DNA of 64,000 nt. It comes from Candidatus Poseidoniales archaeon (lineage in GTDB: Archaea > Thermoplasmatota > Poseidoniia > Poseidoniales > Poseidoniaceae). The notes under the pieces were generated by a model. That model ran no database searches, had not been told where the DNA came from, and was given only the letters and a program-made list of their open reading frames with translations. Below, piece after piece: positions 57,802 through 64,000 of this stretch. Position 1 is the stretch's first letter. The number at the start of each line of letters is the position of its first letter. A program made the position numbers and the translations under genes. The stretch covers positions 145 to 64,144 of the forward strand of contig QQRY01000059.1 of the NCBI GenBank assembly GCA_003602575.1. Reading direction: 5' to 3'.

Positions 57802-59055
57802 CTATTCGCTTTTACTTTTCCTATCAGCAGAGTTTTCATTTCTTGCAAGTGGCCCTATTCCTTCATTTTTCAAAACTAATAACATAGTAATAATCACTCC
57901 AGCGCCTATTGTAATCGCAACATATGGAATCCAAGGCGACTTACTTTCCGCCGGTCTTGGAATTACTAACCAAGTGAAAACAAGATTTTCTTGATCGACA
58001 AATCTCTTTGACCACTTGAATAAATCTGTTGTTTCATGTGCTGCAATAGTGATTGCAGAACTATGATTATTCCAAAATTCAGTCATTTCCATTATTTCAT
58101 AATCATCATTTGTCAATGTGATATTTACCCTATTTCCATTTACTACACTGAGGTGTAAGTATTGGTTCTGTTCATGCGAATATCCCTCCTTAGTATGACG
58201 TACCTGAGAGATATTTTCCATTTCACCATTAGAATCTATTATTGATAAAATCTGAGAATTATTGATATCGAAAGCCCAAGTTAAGGGTACATTCCACCTA
58301 TCCGGATTTATGCCAGTACATTGTTCAACAATCAATGATTCAAATGATAGAATGTAATTTTGACCTACCTGATTTATCGAATGGTCGAACTGATAGCATT
58401 TACTTGCACTCCAATACGACCATGCTTGACCCCAAGTTGTAAGCCAAGCTTCTGCTTCTTCGCTAATGTACTGTTCAATATCCTTGTCATGTCTTATGGT
58501 AGCATCGTTTACTCTACCAATCCAATAAAGATTAACTAAGCCACCCTCATTAACCGCATCTTCCACCTGCTGCTTAGAACCTATAATCTGCTCTAAACTA
58601 CCGCCTCTTCTTCCAAGGTTATACCAATCAAGCATATCGATAGGTGTATCATTAGAAGAATGCCATGCAGAATCTTCTAGGCCAGTATTATCTCCATGAA
58701 CCATAAAACCATTTTCAGAAATTATCTGATGTTGATATTGTGATAATGAATCAGGCGTAAATGTGGAAATGGGATAATCTCCCCAACGATTAGCAGATAC
58801 ACGTTGTTCGATATACTGCCGGCATTCTGTTGCTACTGCACCTGGATCTGCTTTCCATGAAAGACCTTGCATCCCATAACAGCCAAATTCATCACCATTT
58901 TCGAGTCTTTCTTGTGCGAGTGAAGTAGTTAGCCAGCCGTCCTCTTCCCAGTTAGATTGAGCGGAAATACTAGGAGAAAATATAATTGATGATAATAAAA
59001 ATACAATAAAAATAGTTAAACTTCGAGTGAAAACAGTAGAGTTACACTCGCTCAT
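57802..59055 (-). CDS. Secreted hypothetical protein with C-terminal TM anchor
   Basis: Signal peptide LTIFIVFLLSSIIFSPSISAQS, a Trp-rich ectodomain and the C-terminal helix WIPYVAITIGAGVIITMLLVL. Confidence 0.6.
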   Translation of the reverse strand: MSECNSTVFTRSLTIFIVFLLSSIIFSPSISAQSNWEEDGWLTTSLAQERLENGDEFGCYGMQGLSWKADPGAVATECRQYIEQRVSANRWGDYPISTFTPDSLSQYQHQIISENGFMVHGDNTGLEDSAWHSSNDTPIDMLDWYNLGRRGGSLEQIIGSKQQVEDAVNEGGLVNLYWIGRVNDATIRHDKDIEQYISEEAEAWLTTWGQAWSYWSASKCYQFDHSINQVGQNYILSFESLIVEQCTGINPDRWNVPLTWAFDINNSQILSIIDSNGEMENISQVRHTKEGYSHEQNQYLHLSVVNGNRVNITLTNDDYEIMEMTEFWNNHSSAITIAAHETTDLFKWSKRFVDQENLVFTWLVIPRPAESKSPWIPYVAITIGAGVIITMLLVLKNEGIGPLARNENSADRKSKSE

Positions 59056-59142
59056 GGTAACCGCTCAGATGAATGCGATTTGAAATTTCGTATCCGAATG
59101 ATACACATTAACTAACAAAAACTTGGAATGTAGCTTTAATCA

Positions 59143-59967
59143 GTGGCAATTATCAAAGGGTATTGGTTTTCAGTCGATAATATGCCCGATTCATCTGACC
59201 TTGAGGTCGCGTGGAATGAATTGAAGCAACATTGGTACATCAAGCCATATAATGGTCATATGCCAGCAACACCTGGATACTCATTTATTCGTTTCATATT
59301 TTCCCCCCTAATTAGGGGTCTTATGCGAATCAAGGCTACTGGGCTGAATAATATTCCAACATCAGGACCTACAATTCTAGCAGCCAACCACTTATCTCAT
59401 GTAGACCCAATACTCACCATAGCATCATCTAGAAGAAAAGCCCATTACCTCGCAAAAGATGGACACTTCCGGAATTTCTGGCTTAGGCAATTCATGAAAA
59501 TGACTGGCCAGATTAAAACTCATAGAGAAGAAGGTGGAGACCAGGCACTATCATCTGCTGCAGATGTACTTTCAGCAAGAAGCGCATTGGGAATTTTCCC
59601 TGAAGGAACGCGTTCAAAGAAAACTGAATCACCATTACTCCTACCAGGAAAAACAGGCGTCGCTAGACTTGCTGCATCATACCCCGACACAGTAGTTGTA
59701 CCAATTGCACTTAATGGAACAAGAGAAATGATGGCTCCACAAAAACATAAATTGCCCCGTTTGTGGAAACCTATTGATATCAACATTGGAAGAGGAATTA
59801 CTTGGATTGAATGGCTACAAGATCCTAAAGGTGGAGATATTAGTATCGAAGATTTAAATGCGCTAAAAGAACGGGAAGAGCATGAAATAAAGGCTAAACT
59901 TGCTTCACTCTATAGAAAATTTACTGATCAATTAATGGCTTCAATTAAACATCTTGGTGCTCCATAA
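59143..59967 (+). CDS. PlsC-family acyltransferase (1-acyl-sn-glycerol-3-phosphate acyltransferase-like)
   Basis: Motif I AANHLSHVDP (HX4D) and motif III FPEGTRS. The start is uncertain (GTG at 59143 or ATG at 59182). Confidence 0.75.
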   Translation: MAIIKGYWFSVDNMPDSSDLEVAWNELKQHWYIKPYNGHMPATPGYSFIRFIFSPLIRGLMRIKATGLNNIPTSGPTILAANHLSHVDPILTIASSRRKAHYLAKDGHFRNFWLRQFMKMTGQIKTHREEGGDQALSSAADVLSARSALGIFPEGTRSKKTESPLLLPGKTGVARLAASYPDTVVVPIALNGTREMMAPQKHKLPRLWKPIDINIGRGITWIEWLQDPKGGDISIEDLNALKEREEHEIKAKLASLYRKFTDQLMASIKHLGAP

Positions 59968-59996
59968 TTAATATACGGTTGAAGTGAAAAACTTGT

Positions 59997-60695
59997 GTGC
60001 GTAGCGTTTACACTCCAATGGGACCTTTAGTTTTGGAGAAAGAAGTCGAGGAAGATAAATTATCTGCTGAAATAAGAGGTTTAGAATTACTTTACGAAAT
60101 CGCTTCTAAATCACCTAATTGGAGACTCGAATTATCAAGTACAAGACCATTCATTCGTTCTAATGATGGCTCACCTGAAATTCAAATAGATATTTTTTCT
60201 TGTATTTTGAATAAATTACTGAATGATGATGAGCACTTATGTATTACAATGAGTATGAAGAATATCTGCGTATTAACTGATTTTGACTCTAATGAAAACA
60301 TACCCTCCAGTGATGCGATGATCTCACTTATCTTATTGGGGAATTCCGGTTGGCCTCCAAAGCATACTCCCGAAACATTAGAAGAAAAAGCCATAGGATA
60401 CTTCAAAGAAACATGTGAAATTGAAGGCATAAAAAGTTCTAATTTAGATTTCCGTGATTTTGAATTATTAGATGAATGTAAGACTCATTTAGAAAATAAA
60501 AGGTATCGTGAATGTTTAATTGAATTAGGAAGATTATCTCGTTTTTTGTATGTATGTAAGATGGTTTCTGTCGAAGGAACTATCGATTTTATCTCACCAA
60601 TTCTTACAAAAATACCAATCATTTATCGATTGGAATACTTGGACAATCCTAATGAAGAATATGATTCTGTTTTCTTAGGCATGAGTTCAAACTAG
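59997..60695 (+). CDS. Hypothetical protein
   Basis: 232-aa ORF (an ATG is also available at 60018). No recognisable motif. Confidence 0.4.
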   Translation: MRSVYTPMGPLVLEKEVEEDKLSAEIRGLELLYEIASKSPNWRLELSSTRPFIRSNDGSPEIQIDIFSCILNKLLNDDEHLCITMSMKNICVLTDFDSNENIPSSDAMISLILLGNSGWPPKHTPETLEEKAIGYFKETCEIEGIKSSNLDFRDFELLDECKTHLENKRYRECLIELGRLSRFLYVCKMVSVEGTIDFISPILTKIPIIYRLEYLDNPNEEYDSVFLGMSSN

Positions 60696-60742
60696 AGATA
60701 ACCATCAAGTGCTGTCTACCTCAACCTCCGATTGGTGAAACT

Positions 60743-61537
60743 ATGGATGAGTATTTACGCCTGATTAATCATATTCTAGAGAATGGTGAAGAAAAGGGCG
60801 ATAGAACTGGTACTGGGACACTATCTGTATTTGGATACCAAATGAGATTTGATTTGTCAAAAGGATTCCCAATGGTTACTACAAAAAAGGTTCATCTGAA
60901 ATCAATTATTCATGAATTACTATGGTTCCTTAAAGGGGATACTAATGTCAAATATCTTCAGGAAAACGGCGTTAGAATTTGGAATGAATGGGCTGATGAA
61001 AATGGTGATTTAGGACCTGTTTATGGGAAGCAATGGAGGGAATGGCAAGACAATAATGGCCGTGTTATTGACCAAGTAGAACAAGCGATTGAAATGATAA
61101 AAAATAATCCTAATAGTAGAAGGATAATTGTTTCAGCATGGAATGTCGGAGAACTTGAACAAATGGCACTAATGCCCTGCCATGCATTTTTCCAATTTCA
61201 TGTAGCAAATGGAAAGCTCAATTGTCAATTATATCAGAGAAGTGCTGATGTATTTCTAGGAGTCCCTTTCAACATTGCATCATATGCTATTCTAACTCAT
61301 ATGATTGCGCAAATTTGTGGATTAGAGGCTGGAACTTTTGTCCATACACTAGGCGATGCACACTTGTACACAAATCATCTAGAACAGGCTAGATTACAGG
61401 TTAGTCGAGAACCACTGCCTTTACCAACTCTAAAATTAAATCCAGAGATTATGAATATTGATGATTTCAAGTATGAAGATTTCGAGGTTGTAGACTACCA
61501 ACATCATCCACATATCTCCGCACCTATAGCAATTTGA
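60743..61537 (+). CDS. thyA: Thymidylate synthase (ThyA)
   Basis: Motifs DRTGTGT, active-site ALMPCH and a terminal PIAI. Confidence 0.95.
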   Translation: MDEYLRLINHILENGEEKGDRTGTGTLSVFGYQMRFDLSKGFPMVTTKKVHLKSIIHELLWFLKGDTNVKYLQENGVRIWNEWADENGDLGPVYGKQWREWQDNNGRVIDQVEQAIEMIKNNPNSRRIIVSAWNVGELEQMALMPCHAFFQFHVANGKLNCQLYQRSADVFLGVPFNIASYAILTHMIAQICGLEAGTFVHTLGDAHLYTNHLEQARLQVSREPLPLPTLKLNPEIMNIDDFKYEDFEVVDYQHHPHISAPIAI

Positions 61538-61545
61538 GGGATTTT

Positions 61546-62013
61546 ATGATTATCTTTGTTTATGCATGTGACCTAAAGGGTGCCATTGGTAAAGATGGCG
61601 ACTTACCGTGGCGACAGTCTACTGACTTGCAACATTTCAAGAGGGTGACATTAGGAGGTACTATAGTAATGGGTCGTAAAACATGGGATAGTTTACCAGG
61701 TAAACTTCCTGGGCGCAGAAGTATAGTCATGAGTCGTTCTGCTAGAGATGATATCGAAGTGATGAACTATGAGGAGGTCATGGATTTATCTCTAGAACAA
61801 GATGTTTACATTATCGGAGGTGGAGAGATTTACAGTCTATTTCTTGAAGATGCAAAAGAATTGCACCGTACTGTAATACAAACTGAGATCAATGATGCAG
61901 ATACATTTGCCCCCGATATTGAGGACCTAGGTTTTCATTTAATTGGTGAAAGAGTCGTTGAAGCAAGTGATAAAGACCAATATGACATGGTATTTCAGCA
62001 CTTCATCCGCTAA
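61546..62013 (+). CDS. folA: Dihydrofolate reductase
   Basis: Motifs IGKDGDLPWR and VMGRKTWDSLP. Sits next to thyA. Confidence 0.9.
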   Translation: MIIFVYACDLKGAIGKDGDLPWRQSTDLQHFKRVTLGGTIVMGRKTWDSLPGKLPGRRSIVMSRSARDDIEVMNYEEVMDLSLEQDVYIIGGGEIYSLFLEDAKELHRTVIQTEINDADTFAPDIEDLGFHLIGERVVEASDKDQYDMVFQHFIR

Positions 62014-62381
62014 TTTTCCGGCTTATATTCGGTAACTCTAACTCCAAGTCTCCCAGTAAGAGCTTCTCTTTTCATTATTCTGGCAAATTTCTTTTCAAAG
62101 GCTGACTTCAAATCAATTTTCATAGCCAAAGAATGACCCATTAACAAAATAAGAATATCTGCCATTTCTTCAGCACATTCTTCAAGGGGTTTACCTTTGG
62201 TAACCGCTGCTGAAAGTTCACCGAGTTCTTCAACAGTTAATGCAATTCTATAGCCCATATCATGGCCATTCTTTGATTCAAAGTCGTGCTTGTGATGGAA
62301 AGATGCTACTTTCTTCATCATTATCTCCCATTCATTATTTGCTTCGAAATCCATCCACTGATCTACATTCATTCCTTCCAT
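62010..62381 (-). CDS. MazG-like nucleoside triphosphate pyrophosphohydrolase
   Basis: LTVEELGELSAAV...EEMADILILLMG matches the ExxE...ExxD MazG helical motif. Confidence 0.65.
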   Translation of the reverse strand: MEGMNVDQWMDFEANNEWEIMMKKVASFHHKHDFESKNGHDMGYRIALTVEELGELSAAVTKGKPLEECAEEMADILILLMGHSLAMKIDLKSAFEKKFARIMKREALTGRLGVRVTEYKPEN

Positions 62382-62417
62382 AGTTATGATAATGCTCGGA
62401 AGGTGATAGAGGTTGTG

Positions 62418-63203
62418 TTAGTCCAGTAGTTTGACCAAACAATCCCAAACAGGACCGAGTCTAGTATTGGCTTTTGATGAGACTTCATGATGCGATAAAT
62501 CCGCAGTTGAATCTCCTGGTTCTCGTCCTGCTGCCCAGTTTGAAGATATGCAAACCGCAACATATGGAATTTCTAATTCACGCGCCAATTTGGATTCACG
62601 TGGCATTGTCATTCCTACCATATCTCCTCCGAGTTTATCTATAGCATCAATTTCTGCACGAGTCTCAAAATGAGGACCTTGGGCAAGCCAATAGGTGTAC
62701 ATCAAATTTTCATCTTTAGCAAAATCTTGAGATTCACGAAGTAGTTTTTCTAAAATTGAATTAAGTTCGGATGAAAACGGTTCTGTTACAGATGTAAATA
62801 CTGCTTCATCATCATGAAATGTTGTTGCTACGCCTGTAAAATCGATGTATTGTTCAGCTAGGGCAACCTTTCCAGGAGGGAAATCTTGTGCAATTGCACC
62901 AACAGAACACACAGCCATTATCGCTTCACAACCTGAATCTTTTAGAGCCGTAATATTAGCATGATGATTTATTTTATGTGGTGGCATATTGCTACCTTTG
63001 CCATTATGATGCCTTTGAAGAAAAATCAACTCTCTTGATTCACTACCTTTGCTTAGAGTCATACAGGTAAGAGGAACTTCGCCCCATTGTGTTTCTACTT
63101 TGATTGAATCATTTCTAATTAGAGTCAATCCAGCCTCTTCGATTTGAGATCCTAGAGTCATTTCAATTAATCCAGTTCCACCAATGACGCCTAATCGCTG
63201 CAT
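62418..63203 (-). CDS. mtnP: 5'-methylthioadenosine/purine nucleoside phosphorylase
   Basis: Motifs GVIGGTGL, FLQRHH and GMTMPRE. Confidence 0.8.
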   Translation of the reverse strand: MQRLGVIGGTGLIEMTLGSQIEEAGLTLIRNDSIKVETQWGEVPLTCMTLSKGSESRELIFLQRHHNGKGSNMPPHKINHHANITALKDSGCEAIMAVCSVGAIAQDFPPGKVALAEQYIDFTGVATTFHDDEAVFTSVTEPFSSELNSILEKLLRESQDFAKDENLMYTYWLAQGPHFETRAEIDAIDKLGGDMVGMTMPRESKLARELEIPYVAVCISSNWAAGREPGDSTADLSHHEVSSKANTRLGPVWDCLVKLLD

Positions 63204-63264
63204 AATTGCCCCACCTAGTAATCACTTGTCAAACCTGCGCACAGGAATGTTTGATTTACTCGAT

Positions 63265-64000
63265 TCAAGCACTTAGGCGTTCAATCAGTTCTGATTTCTT
63301 ACCAGATACTGGTTTACCAGCTGCTTTTAGAAGTTCCTTTAACTCTGCAACAGTCATGCTACTGTAATCAACTGACTCGTCGGAAGACTCTTCTTCAGCA
63401 GTTGCTTCTTCAGCGACTTCTTCTTCAACAACTTCCACTTTCTCTGACTCTGGTTCCAATGCCTCAGCTGCATCCAAAATCGAAGGTGAATCTTCAGACT
63501 CTTCATCTTCCATAGCCGCTGCAATTGCTGCTGCTTTCTTAGCCTTCAATTCGGATTCTTGTCTGGCTTCTTGAGCGTGAATCTCATCGAGTGTAGGACC
63601 AGATTCAGATACAACACCCTCTTGTAGTAACTGGCTCTTTCTAATAGAAATAGAGCGTATAGGATAAATTGGCTTGATTGCCTTACGAATATCTTCTTCT
63701 AATTCTCCACCAAGAATTGATTCTTGCAACTTTGAATAAGTGTTCTTGGAAGCAAATGCTATCATAACTTCTCTGGTTTTCAGACGCATTGCTTGCTTGA
63801 CTGAAGTTTGAACACGCTTCTGAGTAATTGTAAGAGGTTTTAGTCTAACCAAGTAACCATCGGTTGTGACTACATCGATTACATCGTCGATCTTACCACG
63901 ATATCTACGGATTTGTCTTCTTGTGTGGTCTGTTTGATGATGATGACCGATAAAGGTAGTAAGGGCATCTTGTCCTACACATTCCTTGACACGGAATTTA
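63265..64000 (-). CDS. rps3ae: Ribosomal protein eS1 (S3Ae), 5'-truncated by the window edge, with acidic linker and C-terminal SAP domain
   Basis: The reading frame stays open upstream of the TTG at 63852 (..TTDGYLVRLKPLTITQKRVQTSV.. is the eS1 core). The C-terminus is MTVAELKELLKAAGKPVSGKKSELIERL. Confidence 0.75.
   Translation of the reverse strand, partial: KFRVKECVGQDALTTFIGHHHQTDHTRRQIRRYRGKIDDVIDVVTTDGYLVRLKPLTITQKRVQTSVKQAMRLKTREVMIAFASKNTYSKLQESILGGELEEDIRKAIKPIYPIRSISIRKSQLLQEGVVSESGPTLDEIHAQEARQESELKAKKAAAIAAAMEDEESEDSPSILDAAEALEPESEKVEVVEEEVAEEATAEEESSDESVDYSSMTVAELKELLKAAGKPVSGKKSELIERLSA

Noticed and set aside
1-64000. CRISPR arrays, transposases, rRNA genes, prophage or defence islands
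   Set aside because: Reading both strands turned up no spaced direct repeats outside the coding tandem repeats and no recognisable cas, transposase, integrase or restriction-modification motifs. The window looks like core chromosome plus surface-protein genes.

Overview
This is a 64-kb chromosomal segment from a low-GC archaeon that uses Shine-Dalgarno-like leaders (GGAGGUGA-type motifs precede many starts). It carries many archaeal housekeeping genes: DGGGP-synthase-type UbiA prenyltransferase, Cbf5, TruD, Rpo11, aEF-1beta, aCPSF1, proteasome beta subunit, SepF, ZPR1, GPN-loop GTPase, eS1, a DUF106 insertase and a type-A RNase P RNA. It also carries giant acidic surface proteins, an archaeosortase-like gene, NiSOD, a PlsC-type acyltransferase and RND/MMPL exporters. 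By inference only, this mix points to a marine planktonic euryarchaeon of the Marine Group II/III (Poseidoniales-like) type. I call about 65 protein genes, 4 tRNAs (Glu-CUC, His-GUG, Lys-CUU, Pro-UGG) and RNase P RNA. I saw no rRNA, CRISPR array, transposase or integrase. The items most worth a second look are: (1) a 1131-aa protein with no leader and no TM segment (7358-10753), built from about 19 MPPMDAPPAPP repeats, DUF11/CARDB-like beta-sandwich segments, an EF-hand loop, an acidic linker and a terminal zinc ribbon; (2) an archaeosortase-family gene plus surface proteins that share a (G/S)F(S)EI motif in front of the C-terminal anchor; (3) a VKOR-centred extracytoplasmic thiol-oxidation cluster; (4) a sodN-sodX nickel-SOD pair next to tRNA-Lys; (5) a PvlArgDC-like protein that lacks the self-processing serine; (6) an eS1-SAP fusion; (7) a structured, non-coding-looking 430-nt gap next to tRNA-Glu; (8) two small zinc-ribbon genes missing from the ORF track. 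All family assignments come from motif recognition by eye. No database search was run.
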